Source: an uncultured Gammaproteobacteria bacterium
GTDB lineage: Bacteria > Patescibacteriota > Microgenomatia > Levybacterales > UBA12049
Assembly (NCBI GenBank): GCA_964637955.1
Contig: CAZWXQ010000004.1
Span: forward strand, 11,368 to 75,367
Length of the DNA: 64,000 nt
Direction of reading: 5' to 3'
Each line of letters begins with the position of its first letter. The stretch's first letter is position 1. The notes beneath the pieces are model-generated. The model had not been told where the DNA came from, did no database searches, and was given only the letters and a program-made list of their open reading frames with translations. Positions 17,229 to 27,476 of the stretch are shown here, piece after piece. Both the position numbers and the translations under genes were made by a program.

Positions 17229-17629
17229 AAATACCCCAAATCCTTAAATAATTTTATCGAGGGCCTAGCAAGCTTAGCATCTCTCAATTCGGATCTCTCA
17301 ATCCATTTAATTTCAGGGAATTCATCAGATATTTTTTCTTCTCCTACTACTTCTACTCTAAACATATTAAAAATATAGTGAGTCATTTCTCCTTTTTTAT
17401 CTGGCTCATCATCTTCATAAATTCCAATGTTTTTAATTTCCAAGACTTCCAATCCCACCTCCTCCATTACCTCTCTTTTAACAGCATCAACTGGCGACTC
17501 TCCCTCTTCAATACCTCCACCAGGAAGTCTCCAAGTATCAGGATAGGGACCAACTCCGTAGGCTTTATTCCCCATCAAAATTTTTCCGTCTTTTTCTATA
17601 ACTGCCACCGAACAATTCCTAGTTTTCAT
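17225..17629 (-). CDS. NUDIX hydrolase
   Basis: GGGIEEGESPVDAVKREVMEEVGL matches the Nudix box GX5EX7REUXEEXGU. Confidence 0.85.
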   Translation of the reverse strand: MKTRNCSVAVIEKDGKILMGNKAYGVGPYPDTWRLPGGGIEEGESPVDAVKREVMEEVGLEVLEIKNIGIYEDDEPDKKGEMTHYIFNMFRVEVVGEEKISDEFPEIKWIERSELRDAKLARPSIKLFKDLGYL

Positions 17630-17641
17630 ATTTATCCATTT

Positions 17642-17730
17642 CTGTCATTCCGAATTGCGTCTCTTCTGAGAAGCAAGTACCCTTGAGGTATTTCGGAATC
17701 TAGATCCTGAAATGGATTCAGGATGACACC
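17642..17730. repeat. Palindromic REP-like repeat: long form plus an inverted short form. One of three loci of this family in the window.
   Basis: tgtcattccgaa...(about 40 nt)...ttcggaatc, followed by an inverted short copy gatcctgaaatggattcaggatgaca. Related copies at 25528-25590 and 50838-50866. Confidence 0.6.
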
Positions 17731-17738
17731 CTAAACAT

Positions 17739-18905
17739 TCAGCGAACTTTTGACTCTACAAACTTTTTAATTTCTTTTTCAAATCTTTCGCGGCTAAACT
17801 TCTGTGCATATTTAGCGATTTCCTCAGAATCAAATTTAGTTTTTTCAAACTTTTTAATTGCTGCATTCAAATTTTCTACATTAAATTCATCGAAAAATAT
17901 ACCTGTTTTACCTTCAATTACAGTCTCTTTTGGTCCTCCGGAATTGTGAGCAATTACTGGCGTTCCTGCCATCATAGCCTCCACTGGAACTATTCCGAAA
18001 TCCTCATCTTTTGAGGCAAATATAAATCCTTTTGCGCCAGCCATAAGCCTATTTTTCTCTTCATCACTTACTTCTCCTAAAAATTCTATATTTTGTTTTT
18101 GGGATTTGGAATTTATGATTTTATTTTTTATTTCCTCTTCAAATCCAGCAAATCCTTTTCCAAAAACTTTTAAAGGCAATCCATTTTTTATAAATGCATC
18201 GATGATAAGATCAGTGTGTTTTGCGCGAGCAATACGTCCTCCTGCTAGATAGTAGGTTTTAGGTTGTAGGGCGTAGTTTTTATCACCACCTACTCCCAAC
18301 CCCCTACTCCCCATATCAACTGGCGGATAAATCACCACTGCATTTTTGCGATAAAACTTTTCAATTCTTCTTTTCGTTTCCTGCGAATTTGCGATGAAAA
18401 AATCTACATTCTGAGAAGACTTAAAATCTATCATTCTTAAGAAATGAATCGTCCACATACCAATAAACTTTGAAACGGCATTTTTTTGCCAATCCCGAGC
18501 GGTTTCATATCCATAAAGATATCGAGGAGGCGTATGCATATAACAAATATGAACAGCTTTTTGCATTTTTCCTTTTTTCTCAGACTTAGTTTGAATAGTG
18601 TTTGGACTATATGCGCCTGTGGCAGAAACTATTACGACATCATATGTAGATAAATCTAAAGATTTAAATAATTCTGGAGCTACGATTCTTATTGGACTAA
18701 TAAGCTTAGAATTAAATGGAATTACATCTGCCCATGAAGTTTTTATTTTCCAGCTTTTAAACCGCTCGCGATGAGGACCTAGATATTTTGGAAGATAAAC
18801 TGAGGTGTATACCGGAGCATCAGGAAACACCTCGTGTAGAGCCTCTAGAACTCTCTCAGCGCCCCCGTATTCTTTAATGTAGTCGTGTACTATTGCTACC
18901 TTCAT
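17739..18905 (-). CDS. Glycosyltransferase family 4 (GT-B, retaining)
   Basis: C-terminal EDFGIVPVEAMMAGTPVIA matches the GT4 nucleotide-sugar-binding motif. 388 aa. Confidence 0.85.
   Translation of the reverse strand: MKVAIVHDYIKEYGGAERVLEALHEVFPDAPVYTSVYLPKYLGPHRERFKSWKIKTSWADVIPFNSKLISPIRIVAPELFKSLDLSTYDVVIVSATGAYSPNTIQTKSEKKGKMQKAVHICYMHTPPRYLYGYETARDWQKNAVSKFIGMWTIHFLRMIDFKSSQNVDFFIANSQETKRRIEKFYRKNAVVIYPPVDMGSRGLGVGGDKNYALQPKTYYLAGGRIARAKHTDLIIDAFIKNGLPLKVFGKGFAGFEEEIKNKIINSKSQKQNIEFLGEVSDEEKNRLMAGAKGFIFASKDEDFGIVPVEAMMAGTPVIAHNSGGPKETVIEGKTGIFFDEFNVENLNAAIKKFEKTKFDSEEIAKYAQKFSRERFEKEIKKFVESKVR
18105..18125. repeat. GGGATTT-type heptamer repeat inside the glycosyltransferase coding sequence
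   Basis: gtttttgggatttggaattt. Encodes NSKSQKQN in the minus-strand gene. Confidence 0.5.
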
Positions 18906-19011
18906 AAACTTAATTTTAAATTTGAAATTTTAAATTTGAAATAAAACATAAATGTTTTAATATTTAAATTTTTAAAAATTGATTGAAAATTGTAAATTGT
19001 AAATTGAAAAT

Positions 19012-19944
19012 TCATAGAAGTCCTAGCTGATCCTCGGAGGGCTCATTCTTTTTTGGCTTTTCTTCTTTTGGTTTTTGATCCAACTTAAACCTAGTGATCA
19101 AACTGTTAAATGATAATGTTTCGAATTCTTTCAATAGCACTTCGCGATCCATTTTTGAAAGCAAGCATTCATCAAATTTAAGATGAATTGGGGCGTTTAT
19201 TTCAATTGTCGCAAGCTTCTTAGCCAATGCCGACTGCTCAGCATCGTTTGCTAATTTCTCGGCAATATTTGGACTTATCTCCCCAATATGCTCATATATT
19301 CCTTCAATATTTTTATATTTATTTAATAAATTTGCAGCCCCCTTTGGTCCAATTCCATTTACTCCTGGATAATTGTCAGAAGAATCCCCCACTAAAGCTT
19401 TGTAATCAATAAACTGAGATGGAGTTAATCCATATTTTTCAACAACTTTTTCTTCATCAAACAAAATCATCTTTGTTACGCCTGTTATTGGCGCAAGAAT
19501 CATTACTTTTTTATTCACAAGTTGAAGCAAATCTCGATCTCCAGTAAGTATTATCACTTCATCCTCGGGACTTTTTTCAATTGCTTGTTTTGAAATAGTC
19601 CCTATAAGATCATCTGCTTCGTATCTATCAAGTTCAAAAACGCAAACATTTATTTTTGCCAATATTTTCCTGATAATTTCAAATTGATTTGACAATTCGA
19701 CTTCCATTTTTGGACGTGTCGCTTGATAACCAACATATAGCTGTTTTCTAAAGGTGGGAGCAGGACGGTCAAAACAAACTACAAGATGCGCCGGTGCAAG
19801 ATCTGAAATTATTTTTAAAGTCATGCTGAAGAATCCATAAACAGCATTGGTAAGCTGCCCATCTTCAGTTTTATGAAGGGGTGGAAGGGCGTGATAAGCG
19901 CGGTGAACTATCGCATTTCCATCTATTAAGACTAATCTACTCAT
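19012..19944 (-). CDS. 5'-3' exonuclease (Pol I-like FEN domain, standalone)
   Basis: MSRLVLIDGNAIVHRAYHALPPL N-terminus. H3TH region GIGPKGAANLL. 310 aa. Confidence 0.9.
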   Translation of the reverse strand: MSRLVLIDGNAIVHRAYHALPPLHKTEDGQLTNAVYGFFSMTLKIISDLAPAHLVVCFDRPAPTFRKQLYVGYQATRPKMEVELSNQFEIIRKILAKINVCVFELDRYEADDLIGTISKQAIEKSPEDEVIILTGDRDLLQLVNKKVMILAPITGVTKMILFDEEKVVEKYGLTPSQFIDYKALVGDSSDNYPGVNGIGPKGAANLLNKYKNIEGIYEHIGEISPNIAEKLANDAEQSALAKKLATIEINAPIHLKFDECLLSKMDREVLLKEFETLSFNSLITRFKLDQKPKEEKPKKNEPSEDQLGLL

Positions 19945-20021
19945 ATTACTTGTCTACAAGTTTGTCAAAAAAAAACAAACAGGATAATGGGATTATATCA
20001 ACTTTAGGAATTAAATGAGGA

Positions 20022-20669
20022 TTACTTTTGGAATTTTCTGTAAAGAAGAGCTGTTGCTAAGAATGTTAAAGGAATTGTAACCGCAAGCCCAATTCCAAAG
20101 AATAATGCTCCAATAAAGTTAATAATTAAGAATAAGATTGAGAGGAAGAACAGATTTACTACTCCATTCCTCGTTAACTCCCAGCTCTTTTTAATTGAAT
20201 CCATTACTCCAGCATCTTTGTCTACGATGTAATATGTGAAGAACATAAGTCTAATTCCAAGATAGATTCCTGGAATTACAAAGAGTATTAATCCCCCCAT
20301 CACAATTACGCCAACAATAATTCCAGCTGCGATATTTCGCAAAATCTTCATTGCGATATTTGGATATGTGTAAAGATCTTGAATTGCTGCCTTATGCCCG
20401 TCTACTATTTTAAGAACTAAATTATATGCTCCAAGCTGAATAACTAAAAATACTATGAGGAAAACGAGAGATAAGATTGTAGCGAGAAAAGATTCTTTGA
20501 ATAAATAGTTTACGCCGTATTGAGCAATATAATAAACCAAATAAACACCCATCAAAGCCAAGATAATATTTAAATTCTTTTTAAATAGCTCCCAAGCTTC
20601 TTTTATAAGATCAATTTTCCCGAAATTATTCATTAAGGCAATTGTCATACTTTTGTACCCAATTGTCAA
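20022..20669 (-). CDS. Integral membrane protein, hypothetical (several TM helices)
   Basis: 215-aa hydrophobic ORF. Confidence 0.5.
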   Translation of the reverse strand: MTIGYKSMTIALMNNFGKIDLIKEAWELFKKNLNIILALMGVYLVYYIAQYGVNYLFKESFLATILSLVFLIVFLVIQLGAYNLVLKIVDGHKAAIQDLYTYPNIAMKILRNIAAGIIVGVIVMGGLILFVIPGIYLGIRLMFFTYYIVDKDAGVMDSIKKSWELTRNGVVNLFFLSILFLIINFIGALFFGIGLAVTIPLTFLATALLYRKFQK

Positions 20670-20746
20670 GCGATAATCCTCGATTATCGCGCAGTACTCG
20701 AACGAAGTGAGCGGTGCAAGAAGCAGTTAGCTTCAGTATCTGAAAT

Positions 20747-22645
20747 CTAGCTGATCCCTTGTAGTGGAATAATCGCAGGTTTGTGACCAGGAAGAATCTT
20801 CTTCGGCCCAATTAGTTTTTCAAATTCTTCTGATTCCATTGTTTCAACTTTTAATAACTCTGTTGCCAGAATATCTAACTTTTTTCTAAGCTTTTTAAGA
20901 GTCTTTAGTGCTGTTTCGTAGCCTTCATCAATAATTCTTTTTACTTCTACGTCAATTTTTGCTCTCATCTCAGGAGACAATTCATCTGAATCATATGGTG
21001 TCTCTTTTTGGAGATCAAGAGTAATAGGTCCAAGATTACTCATTCCGAATCTTGTCACCATGGCACGCGCTACTTGTGTCGCCTTCTCCATGTCATTAGA
21101 GGCTCCGGTAGTAATATCATCGAAAACCAATTTTTCAGCAGCTTGACCACCGAGCATCATCGCAATTTCCTCAATTAAATGAGACTTAGTTTCATGAACT
21201 CGGTCAATTGGCTCAGTCATAGTGTGCCCAAGACTCATTCCACGACTAACAATTGAAATTCTATGAATCGGATCAATATGAGGCATTTCCCAACCTACCA
21301 ATGCATGCCCTGCTTCATGATACGCTGTCATTCTTCTGTCTTGCTCTGTCTGAAGTCTTTTTTTCTCAGGCCCAAGTTTTACCTTAGTTGCTGCTTCTTC
21401 AATATCTGACATATCTACTTTCTTTTTATTATTTCTTGCAGCGCGAATTGCAGCCTCATTAAGCATGTTTTCAAGATCAGCTCCTGAAAAACCAACTGTT
21501 CTTTTTGCTACCCTATCCCAATCAACCTTAGCCTCAAATGGCTTATTTTTAGCATGAATCATAAGTATGTTTTTTCTTCCCGCTACATCTGGTAATTCAA
21601 GAGCAACTCGACGATCAAATCTTCCAGGTCGAACTAAAGCAGGATCTAAAACGTCAGGTCTATTTGTGGCTGCCATAACTACAAGCTGCTCATTTGGAGA
21701 AAAACCATCCATCTCAACAAGAATCTGATTTAAGGTTTGCTCACGCTCATCATGTCCACCCATATATCCCCCACCTCGTTGCCTACCGATAGCATCAATT
21801 TCATCTATAAATATAATTGCAGGTTGAGATTTTTTAGCTGTATTAAACAAATCACGAACACGGGATGCTCCAACTCCTACCAACATTTCCATAAATTCAC
21901 TTCCAGCCATAGAGAAGAAAGGCACATTTGCTTCACCTGCTGTTGCGCGTGCAAGAAGAGTTTTTCCAGTTCCTGCAGGGCCAATCATGAGTACGCCCTT
22001 CGGGGTTCTAGCTCCAATCGATCGGTATTTTGCAGGATTTTTAAGAAAATCTACTATTTCAGTTAATTCTTGCTTTGCCTCATCTACTCCTGCGACATCA
22101 TCAAAACCAATCTTAGGCATATCTTTGCTGTAAAGCTTAGCTTGAGATTTTCCAAAAGAAAAAACATTATCCTGCGCTCCTCTTGCCTGACGGAAAATAA
22201 AATAGAAAAATGCGACCATAAGAACTATCGGAAGAATAGAAATAAGAATATTCATCGTGTTATTCAATGTGGTTTTATCATTTACTGTTACTACGATTGC
22301 TCCAAGAGGCACTCCGGCATCTTTAAACATGGTGTAAACATCAGATCCTGGCTCTTTAAAAGCTTGAAGTGTCTTATCGCCATTTTTAGGAGTAAGAACT
22401 AATTTATTATCAAATACTTCAATTGCTTTTATTTTACCGGCCTTAGAATCTGAAATTGCCTGGGAAAGAGGAATAGTTTTAGATTCATTTAAACCAGCTC
22501 CCGGCTGACTCAGTCCCATGAAAATAAAAGCCAAAAACAAGAAAACTACACCGTAAATGAGTATGTTTTTCCAGTTTTTATACTGATTTAGCTTTGAGGA
22601 AAGGTCTTTTTTATTTGACTTCTGTGGATTTTTCATTTGATGCAA
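20747..22645 (-). CDS. ftsH: ATP-dependent zinc metalloprotease FtsH
   Basis: [13 protein letters not shown] Walker [11 protein letters not shown], zinc site HEAGHAL. N-terminal TM anchor. 632 aa. Confidence 0.95.
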   Translation of the reverse strand: MHQMKNPQKSNKKDLSSKLNQYKNWKNILIYGVVFLFLAFIFMGLSQPGAGLNESKTIPLSQAISDSKAGKIKAIEVFDNKLVLTPKNGDKTLQAFKEPGSDVYTMFKDAGVPLGAIVVTVNDKTTLNNTMNILISILPIVLMVAFFYFIFRQARGAQDNVFSFGKSQAKLYSKDMPKIGFDDVAGVDEAKQELTEIVDFLKNPAKYRSIGARTPKGVLMIGPAGTGKTLLARATAGEANVPFFSMAGSEFMEMLVGVGASRVRDLFNTAKKSQPAIIFIDEIDAIGRQRGGGYMGGHDEREQTLNQILVEMDGFSPNEQLVVMAATNRPDVLDPALVRPGRFDRRVALELPDVAGRKNILMIHAKNKPFEAKVDWDRVAKRTVGFSGADLENMLNEAAIRAARNNKKKVDMSDIEEAATKVKLGPEKKRLQTEQDRRMTAYHEAGHALVGWEMPHIDPIHRISIVSRGMSLGHTMTEPIDRVHETKSHLIEEIAMMLGGQAAEKLVFDDITTGASNDMEKATQVARAMVTRFGMSNLGPITLDLQKETPYDSDELSPEMRAKIDVEVKRIIDEGYETALKTLKKLRKKLDILATELLKVETMESEEFEKLIGPKKILPGHKPAIIPLQGIS

Positions 22646-22743
22646 AATTATAACACACGCAGGCTGAAATTTCCAAGTATTTTAAAAACTCGAGACTACT
22701 AATGCTTGCCTCTATAGACTTGCATTGATAAAATGTACTGCTT

Positions 22744-23604
22744 ATGGAAAAAAGTCACCTAAGACCAAGAGAGATCACGCGCAATCTTATACTAACTGCT
22801 GTATTAATTGCAGGCGGCTCAACTGCTATTGACTGCAGTCCAACTACAGACACTACTCCACACCCCACTGAAATCCTAGAAGCAAATCCCGAACTTAATC
22901 AATTTGAAATTACAATCATGAATGAAGTCAAAAGAAGAGGAATAGAAGCTAGCGCTGATGAACAAGCAATATTTCAAAATTCAAATTTATCTTACAATTT
23001 TAATCCAAATACACTTGATTTAAGCAGATCAGGCAATGCGGCTCTGGAAAAAGCAAGAATAGATTCACTTGTAAGATTTGGAAGTACAGGGGAAATTATG
23101 TCCGTGTCTAAAAATAAAAAATATAGAACTTCCCAGGATATATTGGGCTACTATATTGATCAGAAAATTATTGATTATGATATAAAATTAGATGAAACTG
23201 GCATTCCTCTTACGTTTACTTCTGGATATGATGACCAAGGACTATTTCATGGAACGATTTCGGTTGACGCAAATTTTGCAAATAATCAATCAAATTCGCT
23301 TAATATGGCTGATCAAATGGTCCATTTAGCTTCACTCGTAGATAGCATAATTGAAAATGCTACTAAGATTCCTGAAGATTTGAGTCCACAAGAAAAAAAT
23401 AAATTACTCGCACAGCTTGAATCCCCAGAGCAAAGAGCAAAAGCATATGCCCAGCAAGCTGAAGCATATATTCAAGAGGTTGGTTTAATTGGTAAATCCT
23501 ATGCACTTCCCGCATCAGGCGTAGGGCAAAGGACGGCTAAATACATTGACTTAGGAATGAATCCGACGAGTCCAGAGTGGATAGATTATATTGAAAATGG
23601 CTAA
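22744..23604 (+). CDS. Secreted protein or lipoprotein, hypothetical
   Basis: N-terminal hydrophobic segment ending LIAGGSTAIDCS (lipobox-like). Confidence 0.5.
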   Translation: MEKSHLRPREITRNLILTAVLIAGGSTAIDCSPTTDTTPHPTEILEANPELNQFEITIMNEVKRRGIEASADEQAIFQNSNLSYNFNPNTLDLSRSGNAALEKARIDSLVRFGSTGEIMSVSKNKKYRTSQDILGYYIDQKIIDYDIKLDETGIPLTFTSGYDDQGLFHGTISVDANFANNQSNSLNMADQMVHLASLVDSIIENATKIPEDLSPQEKNKLLAQLESPEQRAKAYAQQAEAYIQEVGLIGKSYALPASGVGQRTAKYIDLGMNPTSPEWIDYIENG

Positions 23605-23617
23605 ACCGAAAGCTAGA

Positions 23618-24601
23618 TTAAGCTTTTAATCCCATTTTTTCTTTAACTTCATTAAGCGTATTTGAGGCTACTTCCCTACAAATTTGCGTGTGTTTAGTTA
23701 ACATATCTTCCAAATCAAAGCTTGCTTCTATTTCTCTTCTTCTTTCTTGAATCGGTTTTAACATTTCATAAATTGCGTCTGCAACCGCCGGTTTCATCTC
23801 TGAATATCTAATATTTCCGCTGGCATAATCCTGATCAAATTTATTATACAATTCATCACTTAAGAAGAGCTTTGCAAGCTTAAAGAAGTTTGCAGCATTT
23901 TCTGATTTTTCGGATCCTGAAATATTTCCATCATCAGTTGGAACTTTTGAAATTTTCTTACTAATCGCGTCCAAATCATCAGTCAAAAGAATCGATGATC
24001 CCTCAACTGTCTTACTCATTTTCCCTGCTCCGGTAAGACTTGGCACATATTCGCCTTTAGTTGCAAACCTTTGCGGCTCAGGAAAAAGTTCGCCATATGT
24101 CTGATTAAATTTGCGTGCAATCTCGCGCGTCACTTCAAGATGCGGCTCTTGATCAATTCCAGTCGGAACCAAATCAGCTTTATAAAGCATAATATCTGCA
24201 GCCATGAGAACAGGATAATAAAGAAGACCCATATTCACATATTTCGGATACTGCGCTTTCTTATCTTTGTAGGTCGGAAGATCCTCAAGCCTAGATACTG
24301 GATAAATCGTACCTAACAAGTATGCAAGCTCCGTATGCTCTGGTACACGACTTTGGATTTCAATAAGACATTTCTCTGGATCAAGACCAGCTGCAAGGAA
24401 ATCTAGAATTACATCTTTTATGTTTTGCTGTAAATTTTCAGGCTCATATGGAGTAGTAATTGCGTGAAGATCAACCACACTAAAAACACAGTCGTATTCA
24501 TCTTGGAGTTCTAGCATACCTTTTATTGCACCTAAATAATTTCCAAGATGAAGCCGACCTGTCGCTCTAATTCCACTATAAACTTTCTTTTTATTTTCCA
24601 T
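23618..24601 (-). CDS. trpS: Tryptophan--tRNA ligase
   Basis: YSGIRATGRLHLGNYLGAI (HIGH-region variant) and GAGKMSKT (KMSKS). 327 aa. Confidence 0.9.
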   Translation of the reverse strand: MENKKKVYSGIRATGRLHLGNYLGAIKGMLELQDEYDCVFSVVDLHAITTPYEPENLQQNIKDVILDFLAAGLDPEKCLIEIQSRVPEHTELAYLLGTIYPVSRLEDLPTYKDKKAQYPKYVNMGLLYYPVLMAADIMLYKADLVPTGIDQEPHLEVTREIARKFNQTYGELFPEPQRFATKGEYVPSLTGAGKMSKTVEGSSILLTDDLDAISKKISKVPTDDGNISGSEKSENAANFFKLAKLFLSDELYNKFDQDYASGNIRYSEMKPAVADAIYEMLKPIQERRREIEASFDLEDMLTKHTQICREVASNTLNEVKEKMGLKA

Positions 24602-24652
24602 ATATTTTAAGTATAGTTAGATTTTTAAATCTATTCTACCGTGATTATAGCA

Positions 24653-25264
24653 TTATACTTCGCGCCGCATAATTGGCTTTAAAGACTGAACTACTCCACC
24701 ATGAAGCTCAGCATTAAACATTTGCCCTAACTCTGGCCCAAATAGCGATTCTACGATTGCAATACTTCCAGTCCCATACCCCTGAAATGGAACATGTACC
24801 AATTTATAGTGTAGTCCATCCAAACTAAATACTCTTGAATCAGGCACTTTTCCCTGCATCAGATCTACTTCTAAAAGAAATTCAGATATATCTATCGGAT
24901 AAAAAGCTATAGCTGCTTGAAATAAAACTTCTCCAAACAATTTATCTTCTACGTCCTCAAACAGCCCATCATCATTTATAAATCTTTTAAAAATAACGCC
25001 TGGTTTTAAATAAATAGATTCACTTTTCTGGTAATCCTTATTCTCACTAGTTAAACTAGCATTTAACAAATTACGTCTTTCATCTTCAAGCTCAATTAGC
25101 TTATCCATTTGACGTTTTGTATATCCACTTTTTCCTACCATTTCCTCACCAATTTCCGCTAATGGAATCAAAACTGGCTCTCCATGAAACTTATATAATT
25201 CCATTCCTTCCGGAACTTCTGGCAATACTTGTCTTTTATCAAATCTTGGTTTTCCTCTTTCCAT
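24653..25264 (-). CDS. Hypothetical protein
   Basis: 203-aa ORF with no motif recognised. Confidence 0.5.
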   Translation of the reverse strand: MERGKPRFDKRQVLPEVPEGMELYKFHGEPVLIPLAEIGEEMVGKSGYTKRQMDKLIELEDERRNLLNASLTSENKDYQKSESIYLKPGVIFKRFINDDGLFEDVEDKLFGEVLFQAAIAFYPIDISEFLLEVDLMQGKVPDSRVFSLDGLHYKLVHVPFQGYGTGSIAIVESLFGPELGQMFNAELHGGVVQSLKPIMRREV

Positions 25265-25439
25265 AATTATTCACCACCTTTTTAGAAAAACTTAAAGAAT
25301 GCAAAGCATGAGTTTTAGTTTTTCTTATACTTAAATCGAAGATTTAAGTGCTAATCTCTTATCGATCCCTCTTTAGAGAGATTTAGAGCTAGATACGTTT
25401 AGATCAAAGTTCTAAGCATCAACTCTTTTATCCATTAAA

Positions 25440-25466
25440 AAACCTCCATCTCTGGAGGTTTATGTT
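25440..25466 (-). terminator. Hairpin (cctcca/tggagg) followed by a T-run on the minus strand. Putative terminator for the TrpR-like gene.
   Basis: Plus-strand sequence aaaaaacctccatctctggaggttt. Confidence 0.4.
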
Positions 25467-25527
25467 AAAGCAAAAATCTAAATTTTCGCGCTAAAAAAAG
25501 CCTCCCAAATGAAGGTCTTGCCAACTT

Positions 25528-25590
25528 AATCCTAAGCTGTCATCCTGAACTCGCGCCGCTTCGGAGAAGCCAGTACTCTTGAGGTGATTC
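25528..25590. repeat. REP-like palindromic repeat, variant copy whose stem carries compensatory changes
   Basis: tgtcatcctgaactcgcgccgcttcggagaagccagtactcttgaggtgattcaggatc. Stem atcctgaa/ttcaggat against attccgaa/ttcggaat in the 17642 copy. Confidence 0.6.
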
Positions 25591-25611
25591 AGGATCTTAA
25601 CAAACATAATC

Positions 25612-25911
25612 TTATACATTTTGAAATTTTCCATTCTGAAGTTCTTTTGATCCCCTACCCACTGTCGCAACTCCAACTCCAAGCTTTCCTGCAATTTCAT
25701 GCTGAGAAATTCCTTTTTTTAAGAGCTTGATAATTTCTAGTCTGTGGGGAAGTTCGATTAATTCTTTTGGAGTTAAAATCCCTTCCAAAAATACTTTCAT
25801 TTCAGATTTACTTTCAATTTTTAAAAGAAAATCTATAAATTCCTCAAGCTGCTTATTCTCCTTTTCTCTATTTAATCTCATCATACTAGTATACTGATAG
25901 TATAAACACAT
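25612..25911 (-). CDS. TrpR/YerC-YecD family helix-turn-helix regulator
   Basis: ELIELPHRLEIIKLLKKGISQHEIAGKLGVGVATVGRGSKEL resembles the TrpR-like HTH of the YerC family. About 95 aa. Confidence 0.65.
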   Translation of the reverse strand: MCLYYQYTSMMRLNREKENKQLEEFIDFLLKIESKSEMKVFLEGILTPKELIELPHRLEIIKLLKKGISQHEIAGKLGVGVATVGRGSKELQNGKFQNV

Positions 25912-25958
25912 GTCAATAACTAGAATAAAGTGGATAAACTAAAATTTATGAAAAAAAG

Positions 25959-26507
25959 CTAAGCAGTAATTCCTAATGCGGCTGCTATAACTTGTATCTG
26001 TAGTGGATCGTTAATTACTCTACCGTATGCCCTATTTACAGGAGTATCATTTCCTAAAAATACCCGCCCATGAAAACTTCCTTCAAATTCTTCGCCAGTA
26101 TAATAATCTACGCTAGGCGTTATATAGCCTAGCTCTACTCTTACCCCGTTTGCGCTTCCACTTAGTGTATAAATTCTGCTTCGCTTATCAGTCGCATCAA
26201 AATTTTCAGAATTCGGATTTTTCCAAATTGATATTGAAGCCAACTTTAACCCATTTGCGCTAGCTGTAGCTTTTCTCTCATCATCTTCATCTCGGATGCT
26301 AATATCTATTGCTCCATTCTCACTAACACCGGGCGTTGATAAATCAACACCTTCAAAAAATCTATTTACCTTAGCAACCATGGCTTCCTGAATATCTGGT
26401 AGCTTTCTTTCAGCAATTCTAGCTGCACGCTGCTCCCATAAAATTCTAGCCTGTTCTGCTCTAGATCTTTGAACTGTAACCGTAACTGGTTGCTTTTCAG
26501 CTGTCAT
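25959..26507 (-). CDS. Hypothetical protein
   Basis: 182-aa ORF. Confidence 0.5.
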   Translation of the reverse strand: MTAEKQPVTVTVQRSRAEQARILWEQRAARIAERKLPDIQEAMVAKVNRFFEGVDLSTPGVSENGAIDISIRDEDDERKATASANGLKLASISIWKNPNSENFDATDKRSRIYTLSGSANGVRVELGYITPSVDYYTGEEFEGSFHGRVFLGNDTPVNRAYGRVINDPLQIQVIAAALGITA

Positions 26508-26593
26508 AGCGTCTCATTATACATCTTGAAGCTAAATTGTCAAATCATAGAGAAATTTGTCTTGACTTTTAAGATCGTTTTTCGTAGTCTTAA

Positions 26594-27409
26594 ATGATGC
26601 CAGATCCTGTCCCACCACCACCCGGAGTTTGGACCGTAAACGGCCCAGCTGAAGCATTACCTCAAGCGGGTCAAGCTATTGCAACTCCAAGTGCTGCCCC
26701 AACTTACACTCCTCAAACAATTCAACCCCCTGAAGTAGTTGCCGGATTGGCTTCCGCAGCAGAAATAAAAGCTCCATCAATAATTGGCATAAATACGCCT
26801 GAACAACCTGCAGCTGGAGCTCCACTTGCACCAAGCGGAATACCAGCTCCTATCACAGGCGGAGCTGAAAGTGGCCTTCCTCCCGGCATGCAATTACCAA
26901 ATTACCCCATCAGACTTGGTGGCGATAATGGACTCCCTCCTCAAGCAGCACCTGCAGCTGAACTAGGTGGCCAAGCTGTTCAAAACATACAAGTTCCTGA
27001 GTTACATTTGAGCGCTCTCCCAGGTGGGATGGCCGTAGATCAAAACGCTTCAGCTAATCTACCAACAACTCCTGGATTTTTATCTACAGCTTCTGCAGAA
27101 CCAATCGCTAGCACAGCAGTTGCGCCTTTTCCTCTGAATCCAGAAGGCCAAGCCGCTGTAACAGTAACACCTGAAGTTCCGACAGCTCCAAATCTTACTT
27201 CCCTAGAACACCATTTAATCGAGAACTGGAAAAATTTGAGCGCCATAGAAATAGTTCAAAATTTTAATGAATTATTAACCAATCTAAGGGTAGGAGGAAA
27301 AGCTTTGGATCCAGCTACTGAAGAAGCTATAACTCGTGCATGTACCGGCGCTTTACTAGCAAAAACTGGATTTCAGCCAGAATCAAACCTTGAGAAAAAA
27401 TGGGATTAA
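26594..27409 (+). CDS. Pro/Ala/Gly-rich low-complexity protein, hypothetical
   Basis: 271-aa ORF. Its GC-richer codons reflect the Pro/Ala content. Confidence 0.45.
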   Translation: MMPDPVPPPPGVWTVNGPAEALPQAGQAIATPSAAPTYTPQTIQPPEVVAGLASAAEIKAPSIIGINTPEQPAAGAPLAPSGIPAPITGGAESGLPPGMQLPNYPIRLGGDNGLPPQAAPAAELGGQAVQNIQVPELHLSALPGGMAVDQNASANLPTTPGFLSTASAEPIASTAVAPFPLNPEGQAAVTVTPEVPTAPNLTSLEHHLIENWKNLSAIEIVQNFNELLTNLRVGGKALDPATEEAITRACTGALLAKTGFQPESNLEKKWD

Positions 27410-27476
27410 TCCTCTATTCGCCTCTGCTTTAACTTAAGATATTAAAATTAACTAATTAACTTAGGCTTTTTTGAAA

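Noticed and set aside
20626-20811. 61-aa ORF overlapping the ftsH 3' end
   Set aside because: It is out-of-frame with ftsH and spans only an intergenic gap plus the ftsH terminus. No RBS or conserved features.
25491-25700. 69-aa ORF overlapping the 3' end of the TrpR-like gene
   Set aside because: It overlaps by 89 nt in another frame and covers the palindromic repeat. It is more likely spurious.
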